A stretch of 64,000 bases of DNA from Rickettsiales bacterium. Its GTDB lineage: Bacteria; Pseudomonadota; Alphaproteobacteria; Rickettsiales; JABSSG01. Under the pieces are notes generated by a model. It saw only the letters and a list, made by a program, of their open reading frames with translations. It did not search any database and had not been told where the DNA came from. Positions 10,151-20,359 of the stretch are shown in pieces; within the stretch, counting starts at the first letter, position 1, and every line of letters begins with the position of its first letter. The stretch covers positions 169,503-233,502 of the forward strand of contig JABSSG010000014.1 of assembly GCA_013214525.1 (NCBI GenBank), written 5' to 3'. The translations under genes and the position numbers were made by a program.

Positions 10151-10322
10151 TGTTAGTTATAAAAAAATACCATATTAAAAGATAGTATACTTAAGTAACT
10201 CAAAAAATTTTCTTGATATATTTGAAATAGTCAGTACTCTTCTTGGGAGAATAGTTTTTACTGAAGTCTAAAGTGAAAACAAAATAATTTACGTACAGAA
10301 TTTTTTAGTTATCTTAGATAAA

Positions 10323-11411
10323 ATGATTGAGACTTTGTATAATATTCTATCTTTTTTACTTGTCATTTCGATTATTGTGTTTACGCATGAGCTTGGTCAT
10401 TATATAGCGGCAAGAATCTTTGGAGTAAAGGTCATTGATTTTGCTATAGGTTGGGGGCCTAAAATTTTTAGTATCAAAGATAAGGCAGGTACTAATTGGA
10501 AACTCTGTGCAATTCCAATTGGTGGTTATATAAAATATTTTGGAGATACTAATATTAGTAGTATTAGCTCAACAGGGAAAAAACTTTCTGAAAAGGAAAA
10601 GAAACAATCTTTTGTAGCACAGAGTTCATGGAAGAAAAGCATAATGGCTGCTGCTGGTCCTATGGGAAATTTTTTAGTGGCTATTATTATTTTTACTTAT
10701 TTTTTTGCTTTTCATGGCAAGTTAGTTTCAGAGAATGAGGTAACTTTTGTTGCACCTAATAGTGTTGCACAGAGAGAAGGCATTGAAATAGGAGATAGAA
10801 TTAAAAAAATTGAGGGAAGTGAAGTATCTGACTTTTCAGATATTGAACGATATGTAAAGACGAGTCCTAATATTCCTCTTCATTTGGAGATAGAAAGAAA
10901 TGGTCAAGTTATTAAGAAGATAATTACTCCCGAAGCTGTAGAGATTGAGAATGATGTAGAAAAGATAACAATTGGTAAGATTGGTATCGGTTCAAATAAA
11001 GTTAGAAGAGAAGTATATAGTTTACCAAAAGCAGTTATAGTTTCTGTTCAGGAGGTAATAAAGACAAGTGTTTTTACATTAAAAAGTTTAGGGCAGATGA
11101 TTACTGGTCATAGAGGTACAAAAGAATTAGCTAGCGTGATTAGAATATCTAAATATTCAGGTATGGTTATAAAACAAAGTTTTGCAAGCTTCATATGGTT
11201 TATAGCAATACTTTCCATAAATTTAGGTTTAGTAAATTTATTTCCAGTGCCTCCTTTGGATGGAGGGCATATATTTTTATACGCTGTTAAGGGTATAACT
11301 AGCAAAAAAATATATAATTATATTGAGCTTTATACGGTAAGAATCGGTATAGTACTGTTAATAGCTCTTATGATATTTGGACTTTTCAATGATATTTTTT
11401 ATACAAAATAA
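10323..11411 (+). CDS. rseP: RIP metalloprotease RseP
   Basis: HELGH, PDZ domain, NLFPVPPLDGGH. Confidence 0.96.
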   Translation: MIETLYNILSFLLVISIIVFTHELGHYIAARIFGVKVIDFAIGWGPKIFSIKDKAGTNWKLCAIPIGGYIKYFGDTNISSISSTGKKLSEKEKKQSFVAQSSWKKSIMAAAGPMGNFLVAIIIFTYFFAFHGKLVSENEVTFVAPNSVAQREGIEIGDRIKKIEGSEVSDFSDIERYVKTSPNIPLHLEIERNGQVIKKIITPEAVEIENDVEKITIGKIGIGSNKVRREVYSLPKAVIVSVQEVIKTSVFTLKSLGQMITGHRGTKELASVIRISKYSGMVIKQSFASFIWFIAILSINLGLVNLFPVPPLDGGHIFLYAVKGITSKKIYNYIELYTVRIGIVLLIALMIFGLFNDIFYTK

Positions 11412-11418
11412 GTTTGAT

Positions 11419-13761
11419 ATGAGAGGAATAAAGCACCTTATTTTGCTGTTGATCACTATTTTTGTGATGCAATTTGCTCATCTGGGTTATGCGGAAGATG
11501 CTAATGTTATTAAAGACATTCAAATTAAAGGTGCTAAACGTACAGAAAATTCAACAATTATTTCTTATTCTGAGCTTGAGACGGGTCAAGTATATAGTGC
11601 AACTATAGCTGACGCTGTTTTAAAAAAATTATATGGTACAGGTTTTTTTGCAAATGTATCTGTTTCCTTTGATAAAGGGATTGTGACTATTGTAGTTGAA
11701 GAGAATCCTATAGTAGGTAGAATTAGTTTTAAAGGTAACAAGTCTCTGAAGCCTGAAAATATTCTTCCAGAAATTTCTTTACAAACTAGAGGGTATTTTT
11801 CTAAGAATAAATTACAAAGTGATGTAAACCGTATTTTAGGGTTATATAATAAGATTGGTATATTTTCTGTCACTGTAAAACCTAAAATATCAAAGCTTGC
11901 ACAAAATAGAGTCAATGTGTTGTTTGAAATTTATGAGGGCAGCAAACTTAAGATAGAAAAAATTTCTTTTATAGGTAATAAAAGATTTTCTAGTAACGAT
12001 CTAAAGCAGGCACTTGTTTCCAAAGAGAACAGAATTTTTAATATATTCCGGCTTAATTACTATAATGCTGATGCGATAGAATATGACAAAGTATTGTTAA
12101 AGAAGTTTTATAACTCAAAGGGTTATGCAAATTTTAGAACAGTATCTGTAAGTGCTGATATAGATCCTGCAGACATGGAGAAGGTATATATTACCTTTAT
12201 TATAGATGAGGGAGCCAAGTATGATTTTGGTAAGATCAATATTAATAATAAGATTTCGACCATTGGTACAGCTGATCTTATGCAGTTAGTGAAGATAAAA
12301 TCTGGTAAAACATTTAATGGTAATGCTGTAGAAGATGCAAATACCAGAATAATAAAATATTTAGCAGAAAAAGGATTTCCTTTTGTAAAAGTTGATTATG
12401 AATATAAGTTAAAGAAAGAAAAGAAATTAGTTGATGTGTATTATAAGGTATCTAGATCACCTAAAGTGTATATAGGTAAAATTAATATAAGTGGCAATGA
12501 AAAAACTTATGATTATGTTGTAAGGAGTGAATTTAGACTTTCGGAAGGAGATCCTTATAATGGATTCTTAGTTGATAGGTCTGAGCAACGTGTAAGAAAT
12601 TTAAATTATTTTAGAAAGGTCACTGTTACGCCAGTTAAAACTAATAAGTCTGATGTAGTTGATTTAGATGTAAAGGTACAAGAAAAATCTACGGCAAGTA
12701 TAAAGCTTGCTGTGGGCTACTCAACTAGCAATGGTCCTATGGCAATGATTAATTTTTCAGAAATAAATTGGTTAGGACGTGGGCAAAAATTATCATTTGG
12801 GATACAAAAAACTACGTTCACTTTAGGTGCAAATTTTGGGTATAGTGAACCTAACTTTATGGGCAGTGAAGTAGAAGTAGGAGGAGGTGTAGGGTTTTCT
12901 CAGCAGAAAAATGATACTAAAGGAGGATTAGCTGGATTAGCATCAGATCACTCTCAAGTGCCATTTAATGAAGATAGCTACTCTGCTAATGTTTTTATGA
13001 ATTATGATGTGACTGAATATCTTAACCATAATGTAGATTATTCGATTACTAGTACCAAGACTTCTTCATCTGCGAATAGTGATATTCCTGAGATTACTCA
13101 AAGAGAGGTCGGTAAAAATATAATTTCTGCTATCGGTCATACATTGACTTATAATGTAGCAGATAGTGCGGTCAAACCAACAGATGGTTATATAATCACA
13201 TTAAATCAGCATTTAGCTGGAGTAGGGGGTGATGTGAAGCATCTTAGACATGTGTTGAAAGGAGCATATTATTATCCAATAATGGAAGATTTAACTTTGA
13301 AAATTGCTGCAGAAGGAGGGTATATACATAAAATGTTTGGTGATGATGCCGTAAGGATTAGTGATAATTTTTACTTGGGGGATTTTTCCTTCAGAGGTTT
13401 TGATTATGCTGGTTTAGGGCCTAGAGATAAAGGTAAAAGAAAAATGGCATTGGGTGCTGTTAAATATTATAAAGGTTCGACAGAATTACTGTTCCCATTC
13501 CCAGGAGTTTCAAGAGATTTAGATCTTTCTACGTCTATATTTTCAGACTTTGGTTCTGCGTGGGATATAGATATACCTAAGAATGTTAATTATACAAGGG
13601 AAGATTACTTTAATAAGAAGACAATTCGAGCTTCAGCAGGTGTTGGTTTTATATGGATTACTAGAGCTGGTCCTTTGCGGATAGATTTTGCTCATGCTTT
13701 CAAAAAAGAATCATTTGATGAAACAAAATTGATTTTATTCTCATATCAGACTGCATTATAA
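11419..13761 (+). CDS. bamA: Outer membrane protein assembly factor BamA
   Basis: Signal peptide, POTRA-like repeats, FRGF motif and GPLRIDFA; lies after rseP. Confidence 0.95.
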   Translation: MRGIKHLILLLITIFVMQFAHLGYAEDANVIKDIQIKGAKRTENSTIISYSELETGQVYSATIADAVLKKLYGTGFFANVSVSFDKGIVTIVVEENPIVGRISFKGNKSLKPENILPEISLQTRGYFSKNKLQSDVNRILGLYNKIGIFSVTVKPKISKLAQNRVNVLFEIYEGSKLKIEKISFIGNKRFSSNDLKQALVSKENRIFNIFRLNYYNADAIEYDKVLLKKFYNSKGYANFRTVSVSADIDPADMEKVYITFIIDEGAKYDFGKININNKISTIGTADLMQLVKIKSGKTFNGNAVEDANTRIIKYLAEKGFPFVKVDYEYKLKKEKKLVDVYYKVSRSPKVYIGKINISGNEKTYDYVVRSEFRLSEGDPYNGFLVDRSEQRVRNLNYFRKVTVTPVKTNKSDVVDLDVKVQEKSTASIKLAVGYSTSNGPMAMINFSEINWLGRGQKLSFGIQKTTFTLGANFGYSEPNFMGSEVEVGGGVGFSQQKNDTKGGLAGLASDHSQVPFNEDSYSANVFMNYDVTEYLNHNVDYSITSTKTSSSANSDIPEITQREVGKNIISAIGHTLTYNVADSAVKPTDGYIITLNQHLAGVGGDVKHLRHVLKGAYYYPIMEDLTLKIAAEGGYIHKMFGDDAVRISDNFYLGDFSFRGFDYAGLGPRDKGKRKMALGAVKYYKGSTELLFPFPGVSRDLDLSTSIFSDFGSAWDIDIPKNVNYTREDYFNKKTIRASAGVGFIWITRAGPLRIDFAHAFKKESFDETKLILFSYQTAL

Positions 13762-13882
13762 ACTGCAGTTATAGATTACAAAAACATTATATTTTTGTCT
13801 ATTTTTGTTGCAAATAAGTACTAATTTTCGCTAAAAATATCCTAAAACTCTAAAATCTTTCTAATCCATAACTGGGGTTATA
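13757..13882. mobile_element. MITE-like element, family 2
   Basis: Left arm tataaactgcagttatagatta pairs with right arm taatccataactggggttata. The internal gtctatttttgttgcaaat recurs inverted near 29085-29105. Confidence 0.6.
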
Positions 13883-13944
13883 AACCTGTATACCATTTCT
13901 TAAAAAATATGTTATCATATGATTCGCAAGTGATACGGAGTAAT

Positions 13945-14511
13945 ATGGTTAGAGCATTATTTTTGATAACTGTTTTTTTAGGGATAATTGGATCTAGTTA
14001 TAGTTATTCTACGGCAGTTTCTTGGAAGGGTTCTCAACGTAAGCAGGTGGATAATAATTTACAATATGTTATTTTGGATATTGATAGAGTTGTTAATAAT
14101 TCAATAGCATATAAGAAATTTAAAGATAAATGGGCTAAAATAAATGATAGATATCAAAAAGAAATAGAGTTTTATGAATCTCAATTGTTGAAATTAGAGA
14201 GGAGAGCTACGAGTAAAGGAGTAAGCGAGAAAGATATGATACAAGTGAAGCAAAAGATAGGTGTTTATGAAGTTAAAGTACAGAAGTTACTGCGTAAGAG
14301 AAAAGAAGTTTTGGAAAAAGCTGGCAATAAGGCTATTGCAATACTTAGAGAAAATATAGATAAATTAATTTATGAATATGCAACGCAAAATAATATTAAT
14401 ATTATATTTTCTAAAGACCAAGTAGTGTATTTTTCAAATTCAATTGATATAACTAGTTTTATCTTAGAAAAATTGAATGTTAATTTACGTCAGTTAGAGG
14501 TAGATATATAA
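13945..14511 (+). CDS. skp: OmpH/Skp periplasmic chaperone
   Basis: Between bamA and lpxD; signal peptide, LDIDRVVNNS, coiled coil and DITSFIL C-terminus. GGAG precedes the ATG at 13945. Confidence 0.8.
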   Translation: MVRALFLITVFLGIIGSSYSYSTAVSWKGSQRKQVDNNLQYVILDIDRVVNNSIAYKKFKDKWAKINDRYQKEIEFYESQLLKLERRATSKGVSEKDMIQVKQKIGVYEVKVQKLLRKRKEVLEKAGNKAIAILRENIDKLIYEYATQNNINIIFSKDQVVYFSNSIDITSFILEKLNVNLRQLEVDI

Positions 14512-15563
14512 TGGCAAAGTTTAATAAGTCAGTCTCTTTACTTGAGATTAAGACTAACTTATCTGTAGAGATATGTAATAATATTGGTGTTGTTGTTGAA
14601 GATGAACAGTTAGGAAAAATTTTTGTAAATGGTGTTTCTACTTTAGAACAAGCTTCTGAAACTAGTATTTCTTTTTTCTATGGTAAAGAAAAACATAAAA
14701 ATGCCTTATTAAAAACCAAAGCTAGGGCATGTATTATTGATCGTAGTTCTTTGGAAAGATTTAATTTAAATTTACCGCAAGAAATATATTTTGTTGTAGT
14801 TAAAGACGTCAATATGGCGTTTGCAGAAATAATGAGGTTATTTTATCTTGAAGTTCAAACGTTAAAGGAAAATATTTCAAAGAATGCTTGTATAGATGAG
14901 TCAGCAATTATAGGTAAGAATTGTCAGATAATGCATGGAAGCTATATAGGTAAGAATGTAAAAATTGGTGATAATGTACAGATATATCCAAATGTATTTA
15001 TAGGTGATGATGTTGAGTTAGGCAATAACTGTATTATATTTCATGCTGCAACTATTTTTCATACAATTACAGGTAATGATGTTATTATTCATAGTGGAGC
15101 TAGATTAGGCAAAGATGGATTTAGATATGTTACAAATGAGTTAGGTCAGCATATTAAAGTACCTCATATTGGTAAAGTAATTATAGGCAATGATGTTGAA
15201 ATAGGAGCAAATTCTACGATAGATAGAGGAAGTATATCAAATACAATCATAGGGGATATGTGCAAGCTTGATAATTTAGTTCAGATAGGGCATAATGTAG
15301 TACTTGGGAAGGGATGTATAGTGGTGTCTCAGGTTGGTATAGCAGGAAGTGTTGTTGTTGGAGATTATGTTGCTATTGGTGGTCAAGCAGGAATAGCAGA
15401 TAATGTTTCAATTGCAAGCTATTCTAAAATAGCTGCTCAGTCTGGGGTGATGAAAAACACCCTTGAGAAGGAAGTTGTTATGGGTAGTCCAGCACAACCG
15501 ATAAAAGATTTTTTTAGACAAGTGGTAGCAATAAAAAAAATTACTAAAGGAGAAAAAATATGA
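14511..15563 (+). CDS. lpxD: UDP-3-O-acyl-glucosamine N-acyltransferase
   Basis: Hexapeptide repeats, DGFRY, EIGANSTIDRG, KLDNLVQIGHNV. Confidence 0.96.
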   Translation: MAKFNKSVSLLEIKTNLSVEICNNIGVVVEDEQLGKIFVNGVSTLEQASETSISFFYGKEKHKNALLKTKARACIIDRSSLERFNLNLPQEIYFVVVKDVNMAFAEIMRLFYLEVQTLKENISKNACIDESAIIGKNCQIMHGSYIGKNVKIGDNVQIYPNVFIGDDVELGNNCIIFHAATIFHTITGNDVIIHSGARLGKDGFRYVTNELGQHIKVPHIGKVIIGNDVEIGANSTIDRGSISNTIIGDMCKLDNLVQIGHNVVLGKGCIVVSQVGIAGSVVVGDYVAIGGQAGIADNVSIASYSKIAAQSGVMKNTLEKEVVMGSPAQPIKDFFRQVVAIKKITKGEKI

Positions 15564-16015
15564 TCATAGAAAAAGAAAAAACTATATTGGAATATGAAGA
15601 TATAATACAAACCATTCCTCATAGACCACCTTTCTTATTTGTTGATAGAATAATAGAATTAAATAAGAATAAGAGTGCAGTTGGTATAAAAAATGTTTCA
15701 ATTAACGAACAATTTTTTGCAGGTCATTTCCCCCAAAAACCAGTTATGCCAGGTGTATTAATTGTAGAAGCTCTTGCACAAACTGCAGCAATTTTAGTCT
15801 ATAGATCGCTAGAAGATGAAAAAGCTAATAGAGGTGTGTTATTTACGCATATTGATTTTGTTAAATTTAGAAGAGTGGTAATACCTGGTGATCAATTAAT
15901 TTTAGAAGTTTCAATACTGAAAAATAAATTAGGATTTTGTAAATGTGCTGGTCGTGCTCGTGTAAATGAAGAAATTGCAGTTGAATCAGAGTTTACTGCA
16001 AAGTTAGCAAATTAA
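15560..16015 (+). CDS. fabZ: 3-hydroxyacyl-ACP dehydratase
   Basis: IPHRPPFLFVDR and GHFPQKPVMPGVLIVEALAQ. Confidence 0.97.
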   Translation: MIIEKEKTILEYEDIIQTIPHRPPFLFVDRIIELNKNKSAVGIKNVSINEQFFAGHFPQKPVMPGVLIVEALAQTAAILVYRSLEDEKANRGVLFTHIDFVKFRRVVIPGDQLILEVSILKNKLGFCKCAGRARVNEEIAVESEFTAKLAN

Positions 16016-16029
16016 TTAGGTTTGGGCAT

Positions 16030-16881
16030 ATGAATACTGTAGATTGTGATTCAAAAACTAAAGATGATACTTTAATACATGAAACTGCGGTAGTTGAGAA
16101 AGGAGCTAAATTAGGTTCTAATGTCAAAATAGGAGCATTTTGTTTTGTAGGAAAAGATGCAGTTCTTAATGATAATGTTGAGCTTAAACCACATGTTGTA
16201 GTAACAAATAAAGTCACTATTGGAGTTGGTGCAGTAATTCATTCTTTCGCTGCGATTGGTGGTGCTCCACAAAATATCAATCATCATGGTGTTGGTGCTG
16301 AGGTAATAATTGGAGATAATAGTATAATAAGAGAACATGTTACAATAAATATTGGTACTGAAGTTGATGGGATGAAGACAATCATTGGCAATAATTGCTT
16401 TATTATGATTGGCTGTCATATAGCTCATGACTGTGTTCTCGGTAATAATGTGATCATGGCTAATAATGCTACATTAGGAGGGCATATTCATATTGAGGAT
16501 AATGTTTTTATAGGTGGGCTTACTGCTATACATCAATTTGTAAGGATTGGGAAATATGCAATGGTTGGAGGAGCATCTGCAGTTGGGCGTGATGTTAGTC
16601 CGTTTATTATGGCAAGGGGAAATGAAGCTTATGTAATAGGGGTAAATTCAGTAGGATTGAAAAGAGGGGGTTTCTCTGATGCTGATATTTGTACTGTGAA
16701 AGAGTCATATAAAATTTTATTTGATACTTCTCCTGGTAAAAATATTGATGTTGGTTTAAAAAATTTGGAGCAGAAATTTAAGGATAATGAACATGTTCAG
16801 TATATATTAGATTTTTTAAGAACTAAAAGTAAAAGAGGAATATATAGACCTAAGGTTTCTGAGAATGGACAAAGTAAGTAA
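16030..16881 (+). CDS. lpxA: UDP-N-acetylglucosamine acyltransferase
   Basis: IHETAVVE, IREHVTI, HIAHDC, LGGH, IHQFVRIG. Confidence 0.96.
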   Translation: MNTVDCDSKTKDDTLIHETAVVEKGAKLGSNVKIGAFCFVGKDAVLNDNVELKPHVVVTNKVTIGVGAVIHSFAAIGGAPQNINHHGVGAEVIIGDNSIIREHVTINIGTEVDGMKTIIGNNCFIMIGCHIAHDCVLGNNVIMANNATLGGHIHIEDNVFIGGLTAIHQFVRIGKYAMVGGASAVGRDVSPFIMARGNEAYVIGVNSVGLKRGGFSDADICTVKESYKILFDTSPGKNIDVGLKNLEQKFKDNEHVQYILDFLRTKSKRGIYRPKVSENGQSK

Positions 16882-17704
16882 GGATAAAACAGATTGTATT
16901 GCAGTTGTTGCAGGTTCTGGAATTTTTCCTTCACTTCTTATATCTCACTTGCAACAAATAAAAGAAGATTTTGTTGTTTTATGTCTGAATAATAACACTT
17001 CTAGCAAAGATGTTAAAAATACTAAACATGTTTTTATAGAGTTAGGTGAAATAGGAAAAGCTTTAACTTTTCTTAAACAACATCAAGTTACAAAAATAGT
17101 TTTTGCTGGTAAGATACAACGCCCTTCGCTTATGTCTATGAAACTGGATAGAAAGGGATTATCTTTTCTAGCTAAAATGGGTATGAGCATTCTAAAAGGT
17201 GGTGATGATAAAATATTGTCTTCAGTGGTTAAATTGCTTGAAATGGAAGGTTTTGAAATAATTGCTCCAGAAAAAGTCTTACCAAATTTAGTGACACCTA
17301 TAGGTGTTATTGGAAAAGTTAAACCTAGCAAGCAAGATTATGAGGACATTGCTCTTGGCAGAAATGTTTTAGAAGCACTTGGGAATTTAGACGTAGGGCA
17401 AGCTGTAGTTGTAGAAAATAAATATGTTTTAGGAATTGAGGCAGCAGAAGGTACAGATAATCTAATTTTGAGGTGTGAAAAATTAAGACGTGAGAAAAAT
17501 AGGTCTGGAGCAATGATTAAGATGAAGAAAACTTCTCAGGAGAGACGTATTGATTTGCCAGCTATAGGTAATAACACAATTTTGAATGCTTATAAAGCTG
17601 GGTTAAGAGGTATTGCAATTGAAGCTAATAATAGCCTTATTGTTGATATTGACTCGGTAATAGAAAAAGCAAATGAATTTGGTTTATTTTTGATTGGTGT
17701 GTAA
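16865..17704 (+). CDS. lpxI: UDP-2,3-diacylglucosamine pyrophosphatase LpxI
   Basis: AGSG.FP, GGDDKIL, LDVGQAVVV, EAAEGTD, RIDLPAIG. Confidence 0.93.
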   Translation: MDKVSKDKTDCIAVVAGSGIFPSLLISHLQQIKEDFVVLCLNNNTSSKDVKNTKHVFIELGEIGKALTFLKQHQVTKIVFAGKIQRPSLMSMKLDRKGLSFLAKMGMSILKGGDDKILSSVVKLLEMEGFEIIAPEKVLPNLVTPIGVIGKVKPSKQDYEDIALGRNVLEALGNLDVGQAVVVENKYVLGIEAAEGTDNLILRCEKLRREKNRSGAMIKMKKTSQERRIDLPAIGNNTILNAYKAGLRGIAIEANNSLIVDIDSVIEKANEFGLFLIGV

Positions 17705-17726
17705 GTTGTTTTAGGTATAATTAATA

Positions 17727-17890
17727 TATACTAACCATACCTGAAGACTCTAGTTTTTAAGTTTGAAAATGAAACTACTATCTTCCTTTAAAAATGTCTT
17801 AAATATCAACGATATTTGCTAATTTTTAAACTTGATATTAATTCTATTTTCTTTCTTTAAAACTAGGGTTCTTCAAGTACGAAGAGTATA
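17727..17890 (+). mobile_element. MITE-like element, family 1, full length with mismatched (chimeric) ends
   Basis: The ~165-bp core (tttttaagtttgaaaatgaaactactatcttc...cttcaag) is shared with the copies at 22920, 39517, 48625 and 49613; TATA at both ends. Confidence 0.85.
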
Positions 17891-17918
17891 CTCTAGTATC
17901 TGTTCTGTAGAAATTTAA

Positions 17919-18572
17919 ATGAGAAATATAATGGATAACTTTAAATCACAGGGTTTTATAGTTGTAATTTCCTCTCCTTCTGGTTGTGGCAAGACAACAT
18001 TAGCTAACATGCTTCTTAGTAATGATTCTAATTTAAAAAAATCTATTTCTGTTACAACTAGGCTGAAACGAAAAGGAGAAATAGAAGGTAAAGATTATTT
18101 TTTTACAACAGAAAAGCAGTATAAAGAAATGGTTGCCAAAGATTTGCTTTTAGAGCATGCACAAGTATTTGATCATTTTTATGGCATTCCAAGTCAACAT
18201 GTAGAAAAAGTATTAAAACAAGGAAAAGATGTATTATGTGTTATTGATTGGCAAGGTGGAGTTAGTTTGATGAAAAAAATAAAGCGACAAAATATTGTTA
18301 GTATATTTATTCTTCCTCCATCGCTCGCTATATTAAAAAAGAGGCTTATAGATAGAAAAACTGATAGTGAAAAAGTGATTAATAACAGATTATCTGAAGC
18401 AAAACATGAAATTTCAAAATGTGTTCATTACGATTATGTAGTAATTAATAATAAATTAGAACAATGTGCAGATCAACTTAAAGCAATATTGACTGCAGAA
18501 AGGCTAAAAAGAGCGAGACAAGATATAAAAGCTTTGATTGGTTCTATCGAAAAAAAGGGAATACTATCTTGA
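17919..18572 (+). CDS. gmk: Guanylate kinase
   Basis: SSPSGCGKTT P-loop, SISVTTR..R.GE.EG.DYFF, IDWQG. Confidence 0.97.
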   Translation: MRNIMDNFKSQGFIVVISSPSGCGKTTLANMLLSNDSNLKKSISVTTRLKRKGEIEGKDYFFTTEKQYKEMVAKDLLLEHAQVFDHFYGIPSQHVEKVLKQGKDVLCVIDWQGGVSLMKKIKRQNIVSIFILPPSLAILKKRLIDRKTDSEKVINNRLSEAKHEISKCVHYDYVVINNKLEQCADQLKAILTAERLKRARQDIKALIGSIEKKGILS

Positions 18573-18625
18573 AATATTTTATTTAATGAGGTAATATTTC
18601 AATATAATTAAACTGTGAGGATAAT

Positions 18626-19357
18626 ATGGATTTTACAAGACATAATGTTACTTCTGCGAGATCTACTTCTTATGATAAAGGGTTAAGGGAGTACATGCTC
18701 GGAGTTTTTGGTTATATGAGTTTAGCATTGCTTATAACAGGTGTTGTTGCTTTTTTAACAGCTTCTACTCCAGCAATAATGAAATTATTTTATGCAAGTA
18801 AACCTGATGGCACTTATGGTATGAGTGGCTTGGGTTATTTGGTATCCTTTGCTCCAATAATATTTGTGCTTAGTTTTTCTTTTGGCATTAATGCTATGAG
18901 TGTAGCTATTGCTAGAGTGACATTGCTTGCTTTTTCAGCTGTTATGGGGCTTTCTTTCTCCTTTTTATTCATAGCGTATACTGGTGAAAGCATAGCTAGA
19001 ACGTTTTTTATCACAGCATCTGTGTTTGCAACTATGAGCATTTATGGTTATACGACAAAAAAAGATCTAACTAGCTTTGGTTCTTTCTTAATTATGGGTT
19101 TAGTTGGTATACTTATTGCTTCGCTAGTTAATCTGTTTTTACAAAGCTCTGCAATGAATTTTATTATTTCTATAATTGGTGTACTTGTTTTTACAGGTCT
19201 AACTGCTTGGGATGTACAAAGAATTTCTCGTATTTACTGGGCGTTACCAGCAGGTGAGCAAAGAGAAAAAGCTGCTATTATGGGAACGTTGTCTCTATAT
19301 ATGGACTTTATCAACTTGTTTCTTTTTATGTTGAGATTCTTTGGTAACAGAAGATAA
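18626..19357 (+). CDS. Bax inhibitor-1/YccA family membrane protein
   Basis: YDKGLREYML, YGYTTKKDL, GLTAWDVQ, LSLYMDFINLF. Confidence 0.93.
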   Translation: MDFTRHNVTSARSTSYDKGLREYMLGVFGYMSLALLITGVVAFLTASTPAIMKLFYASKPDGTYGMSGLGYLVSFAPIIFVLSFSFGINAMSVAIARVTLLAFSAVMGLSFSFLFIAYTGESIARTFFITASVFATMSIYGYTTKKDLTSFGSFLIMGLVGILIASLVNLFLQSSAMNFIISIIGVLVFTGLTAWDVQRISRIYWALPAGEQREKAAIMGTLSLYMDFINLFLFMLRFFGNRR

Positions 19358-20359
19358 TAAATATTCTACGATTTGAATTGCATTAAGTGCAGCTCCTTTA
19401 CGAATATTATCTGATACTATCCACATACATATTCTGTTTGATCGGGAAGGATCTTTTCTAATTCTTGAAACATAGACGAGATTCTTTCCCTCAGCATCTA
19501 TCGGAGCACAATCATCATTTGATATAGTTACTCCAGCAGAGTTTTGCAGTATAGAGGTTATTTCTTCTGTAGATATGGGTTCTTTAAATTCAATATTTAT
19601 AGATATACTGTGAGAATAGAATACAGGTACTCTTACGCATGTTGCTACTACATCAATTGCTGGGTCAATAATTTTTTTTATTTCATTTCTTATTTTAGTT
19701 TCTTCTTTTGTAAAGCCGTTTTCTTCAAAAGAGTCTATATGAGGTATTAAATTAAAAGCTATTTGTTTTGAGAATTTTTTTTTGTTTATATTCTTTTGTT
19801 CAAAAATATTTTTTGTTTGGTTCTGTAATTCGTCTATTCCTATTTTGCCTGCCCCTGATACTGATTGATAAGTTGAAACTGTAACATGATTTATTGTGAA
19901 CTTTTGATGAAGTGGTGCAAGGGTTACTGCAAGTGGAATAGCTACACAATTGGGATTTGCTATAATGTTTTTTTTAGCATCTTTAAGATCATGTAAATTT
20001 ACCTCTGGTACGATTAATGGTATGTTTTGGTTCATTCTAAAATGAGAAGAATTGTCTATAACAATACAGTCGCTTTTAGTTGCTTTTGGTATGAATTTCT
20101 TAGAGATATCTGCACCAGTACAAAATAATGCAATATCTACGTTATGAAAATCAAAAGAATTTAATGCTTTTATTGTAAGCTCATATTTACCAAATGGGAT
20201 CTTATTGCCGGCAGAATTTTTAGAAGCAACTGCATAAATATTTTGTATTGGAAATTTTCTTTCCTGAAGTATTTTAAGAGCTGTTATACCAACCATTCCT
20301 GTTGCTCCTATTACTGCAATATTGATACCGATTTCAGGATTATAATTAATGTAGTTCAT
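19295..20359 (-). CDS. asd: Aspartate-semialdehyde dehydrogenase
   Basis: GATGMVG, IDNSSHFRM, IIANPNC, STYQSVSGAG, TCVRVPV, DNIRKGAALNA. Confidence 0.97.
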   Translation of the reverse strand: MNYINYNPEIGINIAVIGATGMVGITALKILQERKFPIQNIYAVASKNSAGNKIPFGKYELTIKALNSFDFHNVDIALFCTGADISKKFIPKATKSDCIVIDNSSHFRMNQNIPLIVPEVNLHDLKDAKKNIIANPNCVAIPLAVTLAPLHQKFTINHVTVSTYQSVSGAGKIGIDELQNQTKNIFEQKNINKKKFSKQIAFNLIPHIDSFEENGFTKEETKIRNEIKKIIDPAIDVVATCVRVPVFYSHSISINIEFKEPISTEEITSILQNSAGVTISNDDCAPIDAEGKNLVYVSRIRKDPSRSNRICMWIVSDNIRKGAALNAIQIVEYLLSSVTKESQHKKKQVDKVHI

